A DNA stretch of 64,000 nucleotides from positions 114,142,001 to 114,206,000 of the forward strand of contig NC_042999.1 of assembly GCF_006345805.1 (NCBI RefSeq), in the 5' to 3' direction. This document shows positions 1 through 12,470 of this stretch, piece by piece; within the stretch, counting starts at the first letter, position 1, and every line of letters begins with the position of its first letter. A program made the translations under genes and the position numbers. This DNA is from Octopus sinensis. Taxonomy: Eukaryota. Below the pieces are notes generated by a model that saw only the letters and a list, made by a program, of their open reading frames with translations, searched no databases and was not told the DNA's origin.

Positions 1-244
1 TTAAAAACGAATGAATAAAACTATTTACAGTAAAATCGGATGGTGGCCTAAACAATTTCATAGTATTTATACTTGATTAAAGGCGGGAAATGTTTCATCT
101 CGCATTATCTCAAAGCTACGAGAATTCAATAACGTCATTTGTTTATTTTTTTAGTGATTTCGTAGAGCAGTCGGATACGGCCGGATTTGGCCGGTTTGAA
201 CAAATAAAGGGGAATTAGTTTTGGCCGGCTTGAACACTAAAGGG
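1..244. mobile_element. piggyBac-type MITE (family P1), right part
   Basis: Ends ...ttgaacactaaaggg (inverse of the CCCTTTAG TIR); internal sequence matches the copies at 9820, 35219, 36712 and 52041. Confidence 0.6.
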
Positions 245-249
245 ATATA

Positions 250-251
250 CA

Positions 252-295
<44 letters not shown>

Positions 296-314
296 TATAC
301 TAAAGGGATATACA

Positions 315-358
<44 letters not shown>

Positions 359-365
359 ATATACA
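250..365. repeat. (TA)n microsatellite with a ~63-bp tandem duplication of the MITE end
   Basis: actaaagggatatacatgc(at)n occurs at 236 and again at 299. Confidence 0.85.
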
Positions 366-530
366 TACACAACGGGCTTCTTTCAGATTCTGTCTACCAA
401 ATCCACTCAGAAGGTTTTGGTCAACTTGGAGCTAGAGTAGAAGGCACTTGCCTAAGTTGCCACGCAGTGAAAATAACCCTGGAACCACATGGTTGGGAAG
501 CAAGTTTCTTACCACACAGCCACACCTGCA
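366..530 (-). mobile_element. tRNA-derived SINE family A, 5' part
   Basis: Shares gggcttctttcag...ccaaatccactc...ccacacagccac with the full copies at 3545, 17551 and 57967. Confidence 0.7.
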
Positions 531-544
531 CCTATATATATATA

Positions 545-1965
545 TATATATATGATGCTTGGACAGAGATGTGTTGATGTATGTTGTGTACAAGAGGTGA
601 GGTGGAGAGGAGCTTCAGCCAGAGTTTTTACAGGCAAAGCATGTAGGTATAAACTCTTCTGGGGAGGTAATAGTGATGGAATAGGGGGTGTGGGCATACT
701 TCTTGCAGTGAAATGGGTAGATAAGGTCATAGAGGTAGTGAGGGTGTGTGATAGAGTACTCAAACTCAGGCTAATCTTGCAGACTGGTATGGCTACAATT
801 ATCACTGCCTACGCCCCACAAGTGGGTCTACCAAATGAACAGAAGGATCACTTTTATGATATTCTTCTGCAGGCTACCTCAAAGATGAGTGACAATAATC
901 TCATCTTTGTGGCAGGAGATTTTAATGGGCATGTCGGACAGCAACCTAGTATCTCCCATGGTGTACAGTGAGGCCATGGTGTTGGTACCAGAAATGAAGA
1001 GGGAACTAGGCTCCTGGAGTTCTGTGATGCAAATAACCTATTGATCTGCAACACCATCTTCAAGAAACCAGCTAGTTACCTGATAACCTATCAATCAGGT
1101 GACTCTGCTAGCCAGATTAATTTCATTCTCATCAGACAGCAGGATGCATGGCTGCTCTTAAATACAAAGACCCTCTCTGGTGAAGAATGTATCCTGCAAC
1201 ATAGACTAGTTATTAGAGACTTGAGGCCAGAAGGATGCCAAAAAGCAGGCCAGTCTGGAAAAGAAGGACTTGGAAGCTTAAGAACCCTTCACATGGTCAG
1301 AGATTTAGGTATATCCTTACCGAGAAATTTGATGATAGTGAGGAGGAGCTAGACCTGTGACAGAGAAGGCAGCTGGGAATTCCTGTGGGATAGCTTGCTG
1401 ACTGCCACAGACCAAATCTGTGGCTGGTGCAAAGTCCCTTCCAGACCTAGGGTAACATGATGGTGGAACAATACTGTAAACAGGGCCATTAGAGCAAAGA
1501 AACAGGCTTCAAAGGCCAGGAAGAGTGGGAGTAGCAGGAGAATGTATCAGATAGCCAAAAGGGAAGCTAAGAGACAGGTATATATAGCCAGGGGAGTAGC
1601 AGAAAAGAAGTTTGCCAATGTTCAGTGACGCGAGGACCAAAGAACTGAAGTATTTCAGATTGCAAGACAGTGTGTGAGAGAAAACCGTGATGTCATAGGA
1701 GAGAAATGTGTCTGCATGGATGATGGTGCCCTTGCATTTAATGATTCTGCAAAGAAAGAGGCTAGGAGATGCCATTATGAAAGACTGCTGAATGTGGAGA
1801 ATGAATGGGAGGTGGAGAGTCTGCCAAAGGTTGACTCAATTGAGGGACCAGCTATCCGAATCTACAGTACCCTGGTAGATAAAACAATTAAGGATATGAA
1901 GACATAGAAAGCACCTGGCCCATCAGGAATCACTGCTGAGATACTTAAAATATCGAGCTGTGTGT
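545..1965 (+). mobile_element. RTE-clade LINE fragment (APE endonuclease plus linker), decayed
   Basis: ORF 489-971 has VDVCCVQEVRWRG, GVGILL, AYAPQVG and VAGDFNGHVG; ORF 1041 has ICNTIFKK; ORF 1674 has linker motifs; multiple stops and frameshifts. Confidence 0.9.
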
Positions 1966-2130
1966 AGTATTTTGTCCGTCTTTATGTTCTGAGTTCAAAT
2001 GCTGCTGGGCTTGACATTGTCTTTCATCCATTTAGGGTCGATGTAATAAGTATCTGATGAACACTGGGGTCAATGTAATTGATTTGGCCCCTTTCCCAAA
2101 ATTGCTGGTCTTGTGCCTAAATTTGAAACC
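1965..2130 (+). mobile_element. SINE family B (tRNA head plus Meta-like core), partial
   Basis: ttctgagttcaaat...ctttcatccatttagggtcgat core, shared with the 19.4-20.9 kb copies. Confidence 0.6.
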
Positions 2131-2825
2131 AATAACAGCATATTTTAAGTTTTCTTTCACATTCATAAGAAGTAGATTCATTTAAACTGTCTAATGAATG
2201 ATATAGAAAATGGGGGAAAAAAAAGGATAAGAATAAAGAAAAGAAAAATAACAGAAAATGGATTTAAAATCTTGAATTGTTAATGATTAAGTAACAGAGA
2301 AATACTGAAATTAGTTTGACAATAGTTTTGTTGAAACAAATAGAAATCTTAGCTTTTTATTCAATGATAATTTAGTCAGTCACTCGTTTTATAATTTAGT
2401 AATGACAAATACATACATTTATTCAAATTCAACACACTCACGCACATATATATATATATATATACATACAAACATACGTATAAATATATATATATATATG
2501 CAAATACACACATATACACACAACACAGGGCCTAAATCATTTTGAAATCATATCATTTAAGCAGCTGATGTCAGAAAATATTCTGGTTGTATCAGACTGG
2601 ATTTTGTTGTTATTGCATTTCTGCTTGTTACTGACAAGTGGTAGTTTGTGGTCTTGCCTGTTTTGTTTTTGCTGTTTTGGTGTGCTTTGCTGGGATTGTA
2701 CAGGTTCTTAGGTCATTGCTCCAAGGTGAAGTTAGTAATAGGGTTAGATATATAATATGTATAATTTTATTCAAACAGTCTGTAAATAACTAGTTTAGCA
2801 TGATCAAATTGCTAATATAATGCAA

Positions 2826-2864
<39 letters not shown>

Positions 2865-3074
2865 TATAAAATCAGCATTATTTAACATCTACTTTTTCAT
2901 GCCAGCAGGAAATCAACAATGGCCAAATGTTCTGATTTCAAGTAAGTCAATATTTCCCCATGATCATACATGTTTTCACAGAATACTAGAATTGAAAAAT
3001 ACAGCTTCCATTACGGTGACACTTGTTTACAACTATCTCATGATGTTAAGGCAAGGAAACAGTAAGACATACAC

Positions 3075-3320
3075 ATTCATATATATCTTACCTTTTAGTT
3101 GTTTCAGCCATTAGACTGTGGCCATGCTGGGGCACAACCTTGAAGAACTTTTACTCGAATGAATTGATCCCAGTACTTGCTTTTTGTTAAGCCTAGTACT
3201 TATTCTATCGCTCTCTTTTTACTGAACTGCTAAGTTACAAGGATGTAAACACCCCAACACCAGTTGTCAAATGGTGGTTAGGGAAAAAGTACAAACACAA
3301 AGGCACACACACAAACTTTA
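3075..3320 (-). mobile_element. SINE family A, 3' part
   Basis: ttgtttcagccattagactgtggccatgctggggcac..., homologous to the 3545 copy. Confidence 0.65.
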
Positions 3321-3339
3321 TATATATATATATATAAAG

Positions 3340-3520
3340 CTCCCACTACACTCACAGAGTGGTTGGTGTTAGGAAGGGCATCCAGCCTTAGAAACACTGC
3401 CAGATTTGACTGGGCCTGATGAAGCCTTCTGGCTTCACAGACCCCAGTAGAACTGTCCAGCCCATGCTAGCATGGAAAACAGACGCTAAACGATGATGAT
3501 GATGATGATGATGATGATGA
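3340..3520 (+). mobile_element. RTE 3' end with (GAT)n tail
   Basis: gtggttggtgttaggaagggcatccag...cccatgctagcatggaaaacagacgctaaacgatgatg matches the 3'UTR attached to RT ORFs at 24.8-25.3 kb and 39.0-39.6 kb. Confidence 0.8.
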
Positions 3521-3544
3521 TATATATATATATATAAATATATA

Positions 3545-3939
3545 CTCTTTTACTTGTTTCAGTCATTTGACTGCGGCCATGCTGGAGCACCACCTTTAAT
3601 CGAGCAACTCGATCCCGGGACTTATTCTTTTGTAAGCCCAGTACTTATTCTATCGGTCTCTTTTGCCGAACCACTAAGTAACGGGGACATAAACACACCA
3701 GCATCGGTTGTCAAGCAATGCTAGGGGGACAAACACAGACACACAAACACATACACATACATACATATATATATACGACAGGCTTCTTTCAGTTTCCGTC
3801 TACCAAATCCACTCACAAGGCTTTGGTCAGCCCGAGGCTATAGTAGAAGACACTTGCCCAAGGTGCCACACAGTGGGACTGAACCCGGAACCATGTGGTC
3901 GGTAAACAAGCTACTTACCACACAGCCACTCCTATGCCT
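3545..3939 (-). mobile_element. SINE family A, full length
   Basis: Minus strand starts aggcataggagtggctgtgtggtaag (A-box-like), then gggttcagtcc (B-box-like); internal CA/TA repeat; gtaaaaga tail. Confidence 0.9.
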
Positions 3940-3971
3940 ATGTGTATATATATATATATTATATATATATA

Positions 3972-4015
<44 letters not shown>

Positions 4016-4669
4016 ACATGTAAGTGTATTTGGTTGATGGAAATTGAAAGCAGCCTGTCATATACACACATACATAATACATATATATATATATACGTTT
4101 AAATATTTGTTGTGCAAGATTTTTTATTGGCTAAACTGGCAAAATGACCATTCTGAAGTATAACAATATATATATATATATATATGACAAGCTACTTTCA
4201 ATTTCCATCAACCAAATACACTCACATGGCTTTGGTTGGCCTACAGCTATAATAAAAGACAGTTGCCTAATGAACCATGCAGTTGAATTGAACCGGAGAC
4301 CATCTGCTTGGGAAGCAAACTTCTTACCATGTAACCACACCTCTGCCTATACTCTGGACTGGCTTAAATAAATTAATGCTCTGTACATGACTCCACCTCC
4401 AGCATTATCCCAGTTTGATTTCGTTCCCAGCAATTACTGCAGCATCCTAGTATGATTCCATCCTTAAAGTATCTCCCCTGTAAGATTCCACCCCCACCCC
4501 AACAATTTTTGCAGTCTTCCTGTATGACCCCCACTCCCAGCAATTACTTCAGAATCCCACTGTGACTCCTCCTCCTTGTAAAACAAACAGAAGCTTAATG
4601 TCAAGCTAAGTAAATGTAACCATACCCATAGCTAAACAGAGAGCAATAGCTGCCATGAATAAAGACAAG

Positions 4670-4870
4670 GTCAAGATGGCAAGCTGGCAGAATCATTAGC
4701 ATGTTGGACAAAAATTCTTATCAGCATTTCATTTGTCTTTACTTCCTGAGTTCAAATTCTACCAATGTTGACTCTGCCTTTTGTCCTTTCAGGGTCAATG
4801 CAGTAAGTAGCAGTCAATGTAATTGACTAGCCCCTCTCCTCCAAAAGTTAATATCTTTTGCCTATAGGAG
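4670..4870 (+). mobile_element. SINE family B
   Basis: aagatggcaagctggcagaatcattagc...gagttcaaattc...cctttcagggtcaat. Confidence 0.7.
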
Positions 4871-6009
4871 ATAGGATTATTAATGATATAAGGGTACTAC
4901 CCAACATAGGCAGAACTGAATTAATATAACAGAAAGAAGATAATCTTTGTATCAGCAGTTCAATATTAGAACAATAGCTTTAATAATACCTACATAACAT
5001 GACATGCAGAACATGTCAATTGATTTATAGAGGATGAATGCTGGTAAAAAAAATTCTGTTAACTGGCACTTGAAGATACATGCAGTACTAAAAGAGCAAG
5101 AAATGGGAAGAAGTAGTGAGGTTTACAGTTACAAACTTGAGGTGACAGGCCTCAAAGATGTGATTAAAAAAAAACATGAAAATAAGTAGACCTATCTCAC
5201 CCAATGCCACATGGAAAAAAATGATGATGATGATGATATGATATACACAAGAATGTATATATTTAAGTTTCAGTATAAAATAATTTCAAGTGTATAGTCC
5301 CTAAAGAGAGCACGTGTATCTAACAACCAGTTTTAACCTAACTTATCTAGGTCAAAATCATGATCCATCAGTTCTCAAATGTAATTGTTTTCTCAAAGGG
5401 TTATAACACCAACATTATTTTTAGAACAAGGCTAAAAATATACTTACAGTTCCTTGGCCCATTATTTTACAATATTGTCATAGTGAAAAGGATAGAAAAG
5501 CAATAACAATGGCATTACTCAATCCTATATAAAACATAGTTTTATATCACTGTTGTCATTTAACCACAGGTCAAGTCTGATCAAGACATTCCTGTCACAA
5601 CCATTTTCTTTTGTTCAGTGCATCTACAACTACATTATCATAAATGTTTTCTTTGATTAAACAAAGCTCACTATGTGTGGAGAATCTTTCCCATGTCCCT
5701 AAACTGGTTAGTATTTATCCAGTAACGCAATTATTTGAACTACAAAAATGACTTCATGCATCACATAACCATCAAGCTATACCCTTCTCTAAACTGCAAC
5801 CAATCCTTGTCAAAAGAATACCCACCAACTTTGCATAATCCTTTTCCACAGCCATTTCACAGTAAAGATAGTTGTATGTGTACTACTCCCACAGAGAAAG
5901 CCACCACCTTTGGTACCTAGCCAAAGATGGAAGTACATCATCTTGCATAAATACATGTCAAGTGTAAAAGTATATCTGGTCACATATAATCAAAAAAAGG
6001 CTACAGAGT

Positions 6010-7340
6010 CAAATAATGTTCCACCCATTACCCTAGAGCTGACCCTATACTCACCAAACTCTTCGATTTCCCTCTCTTCACAGGAATCTACCCTGATATT
6101 TGGAAACAGTGTATCTCATCTCCAAGAAAGTCAACCCCTCTGATTCTACTAGCTATTGCCTTATTTCACTTACTTCCAATGGAGACAGTCACTTCCAATA
6201 TCATCCAACACACTGAATCTTATTCTCTCCTACAAGACCACCAATACAATTTCTATTAAACCAGATCCAATGCTCACTTACTCTTTTATATCTTTCAAGG
6301 GGCTCTGACCTTGGAGAAATTTAGTGAAAGTAATATTGTCACCCTAAACATCAGCAAAGCTTTCAAATATATCTGGAATGCAAATCTCCTATTGAAGCTG
6401 CTCACATATGGGGTCCACCTGTCTCTCATTTCATGGATTGGTAGCTTCCTATCAGACTGCATTATGGCATGTGTTGCTTGAGCTCTTTCTGCTCCTTCTT
6501 CATTCTATCAATCCTGGCATACCACAGGGTTTGGTTTTACACCCTACTTTCTTACTTATATACATATCAATAACCTACTTGCCATCATGTTCAATGATGT
6601 CTACTGTTACACATATGATAATAACCTTTATTCTTCCCTAACCTTCCCCAGCTCTGCATCACTCATTCATAACTTTGACACCACATGCCAAACTCACACT
6701 GATTCTATGAGCAGAGATCTCAAAATTATCTTCCAATGGGGGTATACCAAACTTTTCTTTTTCAACAATAAAATACAAATGCTATTTATTTCAAGAAAAC
6801 ACCATTGCAGCACCTTTCCTAACCATGAGCAGTACATACCAGAGCCTTTAGGACTGCTTTAGATGTTGGCCTCATTATTACTAAGGACCTCTTCTAGTGA
6901 AAGTACATCCTTAATATATCTAAGCTGGCCATTTACTGCATGTGATCTAGAATGTTTGTGTGTACAGTATTTTTCCTGGTTCCATTCCATGGTGGGCTTC
7001 TCTTGAGCTTTGTAGAATATTGATAATTGTTAAGAGCAGAAATATCTTTTAGTCTTGAAGTGAACATATAAAGTCTCTCATAAACATGCTATAGTCTCAG
7101 GTCTATAGGCATGCTGTTGTCTCCCATGCCTATATATAATGACTTCTGCTCCTCAAAACTGGTTGGGCTCATTCCCTATGTCTTCCTCTCATCTCCCTTG
7201 TTTTGTGTCCCCTCTCCTTTGCTTTCCATTAATCACTACGCCCAGACTTTCCTTCACAGCATTCTGGAACTCCCACCCTGTTTATGTCTCTCATGCAATG
7301 GTTCCACAAGACCAATGGCATCAACCTCACTAGTTTTGAA
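6010..7340 (+). mobile_element. Old LINE (L2/CR1-group) reverse transcriptase fossil
   Basis: Frame-hopping translation gives PILTKLF..TGIYPDIWK, QDHQYNF, NISKAF, LLLKLLTYG, GIPQGLVLHPT, LIYINNL and YCYTYDN (decayed YADD). Confidence 0.75.
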
Positions 7341-7999
7341 GGCTTTCTGAAAGTTATGGGTATTCCTCTATATCAGTCAGTAGATGAGAAAAAAATTGAA
7401 ATAAATGGTAGGGTGATTTGAAGAAGATTTGGTTTGTTATTTCTAACAGTAGATTAGATGATTACATAGATACTTCTATTTTGGTCTGTGTTGATATGAG
7501 TACATATTTAATCTCTCATCACTGTTCTTTCTGTACAAGCCAAGTAACCCTAAAAAATTGAATGCATTATAGAATGGTGAAGACTCTAATCTTATGAGGT
7601 ACAAGGCAACCCTGCTTGTGTTGATGCTATTATAATTCCATTCAGGACAGACCCTCTGTAAAGTGAATGAGTGGAGAAGTGAAGCTGAGGAGACTCTTTA
7701 ACCCTGTACAAAACATAATAATTCTGCCTAGTGTTGGTGCTATGATAAAATGTGCCTAAGTCCACTCTGTTAAGTGTGGGGTTGAAGATGTGATAATGTC
7801 TTTAGGGCTGGTGTCACAATAAAATGTGATTGATATTAGGAAGGACCTCCAGTAGTAAAAACCAAGTTAAAAATATGAAATTCATGAGAAGGCTGTTATC
7901 CTCTGACCTATCCAATGATGTCAGCATGAAAAGCAGATAAAATGATGACAATGATATTCCCTTTTGGATTGATTACCTTATAGTTGTGGAACTTCATAC

Positions 8000-8330
8000 C
8001 TCAAAGCCCCAGTGAAGCTTAAATCTCGTGGTTAGGGCCACCCAAGCCAGACAGATCAAAGGGTAGAAGACTGACAAATCACATTCCACTAGTCTTCCAG
8101 ACTGAGGTTTGGGCACAGGATTAACTACCCTGTCTCATAAGAAATAGTTTTGTTATACAAAAAGCAGAAAAAAAAAAACTTACACAGCTATATGTAATGG
8201 GCTGGAAAGTTCTCCTGTGAACAGCAGAAGTGAAAGTTGAAAGAGATCCATTGAGAGGACAAAACAAGGAAGAGAGCTTGAGACTAGGAACCATATCTGG
8301 GAAACCATTGAGAAGCTGGTCCAGAAAGAC
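8000..8330 (+). mobile_element. Possible RTE 5'UTR remnant
   Basis: ccaagccagacagatcaaagggtagaag...ttaactaccctgtctcataa resembles RTE 5' leaders from memory only. Confidence 0.3.
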
Positions 8331-8544
8331 CAAGAGTGGTGAACTTTCATTCCTGCCCTACATGCAGGAATTGCAAGAATGGGTGAGTGACATTTCCATA
8401 AATTACTATATTGTTAATATTATATTTATTACTGAATAAACAAGGTAGAATATGAAAATAAGTGTAGCATTATTCCATCACAAATCTAAGATAAATTAGA
8501 AAATAGTGACACACAAACATATATAATGTGTAAATGTAGTAAAT

Positions 8545-8865
8545 ATAAAACTGGCACTCCAGTAGTTACAACAATGCGGGTTCCAGTTAATCTGATCAAT
8601 GGAACAGCCTCCTTGCAAAATTAATGTGCAAGAGGCTGAGCACTCCACAGACACATGTACCCTCAATATAGTTCTCAGGAAGATTCAGCATGACAAGATT
8701 AGCCCTTTGAAATACAGGTACTGCTCATTGTTGCCAGCTGAGTGGACTGGAGCAATGTGAAATAAAGTGTCTTGCTCAAGAATGCAATGCACCACTTGGA
8801 ATTGAACTCAAGACCTTGCAATCATGAGATGAATACTCTAATCACTAAGCCATACACCTTCACTG
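8545..8865 (-). mobile_element. SINE family C
   Basis: gtgaaataaagtgtcttgctcaag...gaattgaactc...ccatacaccttcac, homologous to 42097-42427. Confidence 0.7.
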
Positions 8866-9170
8866 CAGTAAATATAATGTGTAAATAAAGATTAAATATA
8901 TTTACTAAAGAAAATGTAAAACATAGTGTTGCACATAATATATCAGTTCACTTGTAAAGATTTTGTTCTTCATTTTGGTGTTGTTTAGCCCACATCAAGA
9001 ATTCCAGCCATGATGGTCATGTTCTTTATTTTATTAAACTATTGAAATTATCATGAGAGGAATGCAGAAAGTGGGCATAACTTTTATTATAAACAGACAC
9101 AGGTTGCTTGACTTGCACATGTTGGTAGATTAAATCTTCTTTAGCACCTCTTTTTGTTCTTCGTTGCAGG

Positions 9171-9750
9171 CAAGTAATCAGGAAAAGGGTCTTCTGATAA
9201 TAGGTCATGTGATATTTTATGACTGAAGCATTACTTATAAAACATATTGGTCAATACATTCAAATGCTATGGAAATTTCTTAAACTGACCAAGCAAAAGG
9301 ACAATTTTACAGTTGTTATTAGTAAGTTTTTTTGGCATGTAGTTTTAGTACAAAACAGCTAAATTGAGTAAATCCATTTTCACACAATATTTTGAAAATG
9401 ATATTACTTAGTCAAAACAGCAACAACTAGTACTGAAAATTAATTTGATGTTTTTCCCCTCAGGATATAGAAAATAATGAGAAAAAATATTTTAATTTCA
9501 CTTTAGATGATACAGATATCAGTATTTCTGTTGTCAACAGTAGTGAGAAAGATATTTGTATAAACAAGTGGAATCAATGATGGTATGACAGAAATATCCC
9601 TGAGTTGGCAAGAGTAACAGAAAATGAAAGGCAAGACAGAGGTAGATTCTGTTTAAAGTATACATTTCCATGCGTATTTATAAACATCAACCAATTTAAA
9701 ATGCTTGATGCTAACTGTAGAAGAAATGAGAGCAGTTTCTTTTTTAGATT
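9171..9750 (+). pseudogene. Decayed multi-exon coding segment, copy A
   Basis: Exon-like blocks 9171-9321, 9463-9641 and 9721-9750 with AG/GT ends; DIENNEKKYFNFTLDDTDISI..KDICINKWNQ*WYDRNIPELARV is similar to the 18090 block. Confidence 0.35.
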
Positions 9751-9819
9751 GTATGATTGTCCAGCAACATCTTATAATCTATAATGAATTACAGATCTAT
9801 TATTGTACTGTGTCTCTGG

Positions 9820-10003
9820 AAAGTTAGAATGTTTTATGTTCAAACTGGCCAGATGTGGCTCTCACACCAACCCTACAATATCATTCTAAAAATTCACAGT
9901 TACCTCATCAAAATCTCAAAGCTACAAGATAATGTATGATTAATTCAAAACAATGTGAATATATAAGCATTAGTTTTGACAGAACAATGTGATTGCTAAA
10001 GAG
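9820..10003. mobile_element. piggyBac-type MITE P1, partial
   Basis: Ends gctaaagag|ttaa; body matches the other P1 copies. Confidence 0.65.
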
Positions 10004-10070
10004 TTAAGGATATCATTTTTATCATACTAATTAAGTCAGTCAACACACTTCTCAATGAATAACCATGGAC

Positions 10071-10792
10071 GGATCTTTTCCTTTTGAACGGTAGTTTTCA
10101 ACACAATTTCTACTTAACTAAACACTTTTAAACTTCGTATATTGGTAGAATGTGTCAAAATAAAACGTTATTTTCTCTTGGCTTTCTTGAGAAAATTGTA
10201 ATTTGTAAGTTTAACGTAGTTTAATTTTTCGAATTTTAACCAATCAATGGCATCTATTGAGCTAAAATCATTTGCTGCGTCTAAAACTGAGACAGCATCC
10301 TGTCACTGACCTTAACCCTAACCCTAAATTTTAGCCTTTCGTTTTTTTTTTTCTTAATTGTTACGCGTGTGTCTAAAAAATTATTCGTTTTGTTTTTGTT
10401 TTGAGATACATGTGTATTGTTTAAACTATTTTCCATTGCTTAAGAAAAAAAAAAACAAAAGGCTAAAATGAAAGCAATGGAAAATAATTTAAGCAATAAA
10501 CAAACAAAATAATTCTATAATTTTATACACACGCTTTCCGTACGTAAACATAACAGTGACAGGATGTTGTCTCAGTTTTAGATGCAGCAAATAATTTTAG
10601 CTCAATGGAGGCCATTAATTGGTTAAAATTCAAAAAATTAAACTACGTTAAACTTACAAATTACAATTTTCTCAAGAAAGCCAAGAGAAAAAAATGTTTT
10701 ATTTTGACACATTCTACCAGTATACGAAGTTTAAAAGTGTTTAGTTAAGTAGACTTTGTGTTGAAAACTGCCGTTCAAAAGGAAAAGATCCC
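10071..10792. mobile_element. MITE with ~235-bp terminal inverted repeats
   Basis: 10071-10308 is the reverse complement of 10554-10792 (ggatcttttccttttgaacgg / ccgttcaaaaggaaaagatcc); a remnant of the same family lies at ~20996-21080. Confidence 0.85.
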
Positions 10793-11219
10793 CGTTATGC
10801 AAGATGTGTCATAGATATATTGTGAAATCACTATAAAAGTGCTTATAACCCACTCTTGGAGGCTTTTATTGATGAAATTATATGAAGTTATAATTGATTG
10901 GTTATGTGGGCCATTTAAAATTTAAACCAGGTCTTCCATTAAACTTGTGAAAAGAGCTGTTAGTCTAGTCTAGTTGTTTGGTGATACACACAGCTTGTAA
11001 ATATTTATATAGGAGAGAAAAGTTATATTACTTTGAAGTAAACTTAGGCGGCAGTATTAATAGATCTGATGAAACCTATATTTTATTAGCAAGTCATTTA
11101 TGTTTATTGTAATAAGATTTCTTTTTTGCTGGATTTATTTCTGAAACTTAAAGAAACTATAGCATGTGAAACAGTGTGGACTAAGCAGAGAAGTAGTAAT
11201 GCTGAGAGGTTATTTAAAT

Positions 11220-11889
11220 CAGTGGTTCTCAACTGTTTTTTGCCAATGGACCCTTTGGTTTTTATTTTAGTCAGGTGAACCCTCATAACTATGTCATGTT
11301 TAAAAAATCCTATTATATTTTTATAACTAAATATTGTATAAAAATAATTGCTAAAATGTTTATCACCACATCAATATGGTTGTTCTATAAGAATCAACAC
11401 TACTACCATTTTTAACCCCAGTAGGAGCCTCCTTCAACTGGTTATCAATGCAATCTGCATCCATTATATATTGCAAACAGGGGAGCGAACCCCTACCAAC
11501 TTCCAGCAGACGATGGGATCACCAGACTGTACAGTTTTGTGCTATTTGTACCCATCCTCAGTGGTAAACACCTGTCTGCTGGAGATAGCAGTGATTTGCT
11601 CCAGCTTGCAATATACAGAAAACCAAGCGACAATCAGTCACTGATCTTGCAACAAATAAAGTAGCTGGTTAGAAAATCTAGCTGGAGGAAGCTCGTCTTG
11701 GGGTTAAAAATGGTAGTAACATCAATTCTTACGGAACAGCCATATTCATGTGGAGATAAAACATTACTTCTTGGTATAGTTACTACTTTCATCTTTTACA
11801 GACGATTTTCTGATTACCTACTTTAATTATCAAAATATTTTGTGTGTTGTAAAAATATAACCGATTACCTGCACATAAGAGAACTACTG
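11220..11889. mobile_element. hAT-type MITE
   Basis: TIRs cagtggttctc / gagaactactg; 8-bp TSD atttaaat (11212-19) / ctttaaat (11890-97). Confidence 0.75.
11355..11765. mobile_element. MITE nested in the hAT MITE
   Basis: ~70-bp imperfect TIRs: aatgtttatcaccacat...ccatttttaacccca / tggggttaaaaatggt...atgtggagataaaacatt. Confidence 0.7.
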
Positions 11890-12184
11890 CTTTAAATGAA
11901 ACTAAAATATATAAATATAAGGAAAAGGTAACCTGGTTGTTACAATTTGAAAAGATAAGAGGGATTTAAAGCTCTTATATACAAATACTACCAAAAAGGA
12001 ACAACATATCACTAGAAGACAAAATAATGGTAACTTGGAAAATGTAATTTTCCCCCTATAAAATCAAGCTTTATGATAAATGAATAAATCAGGCAGATTT
12101 TTTTTCCTGATTAATTTAGTTGAGTTATGATGTATGTAGGAAAGTATAAATAAGATCTTCATTTTTAATAAAAAAATTTTTTTT

Positions 12185-12470
12185 TGATTGGTTCAGTCAT
12201 TGAACTGCAGCCATGCTGGGGCACTGCTTTGAAGGGTTTAGATGAAAAAAAAAACCCAGTACTTCTTTTTTTTAAAGCTAGATACTTATTCTATCAGCCT
12301 CCTTTGCAAAACGAGGATGTAAACAAACCAACACATGCTTCTTTTAATTTCCATGTACCAAATCCACTCACAAGGTTTTGGTTGACATGGGGCTATTATA
12401 GAAAACACTTGCCCAAGCTGTTACGCAGTGGGACTGAACCCAGAACTAGTCAAGTGGGAAGCAAGTTTCT
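12185..12470 (-). mobile_element. SINE family A, internally deleted
   Basis: Homology to the 3545 copy. Confidence 0.75.

Noticed and set aside
151-4102. YI/IY-rich ORFs here, and SL/RE-repeat ORFs at 34.3-34.6 and 48.2-48.5 kb
   Set aside because: Translations of (TA)n and (AG)n microsatellites
8227-8381. Plus-strand ORF with a gtgagt donor
   Set aside because: Overlaps a probable RTE 5' remnant; no recognisable protein
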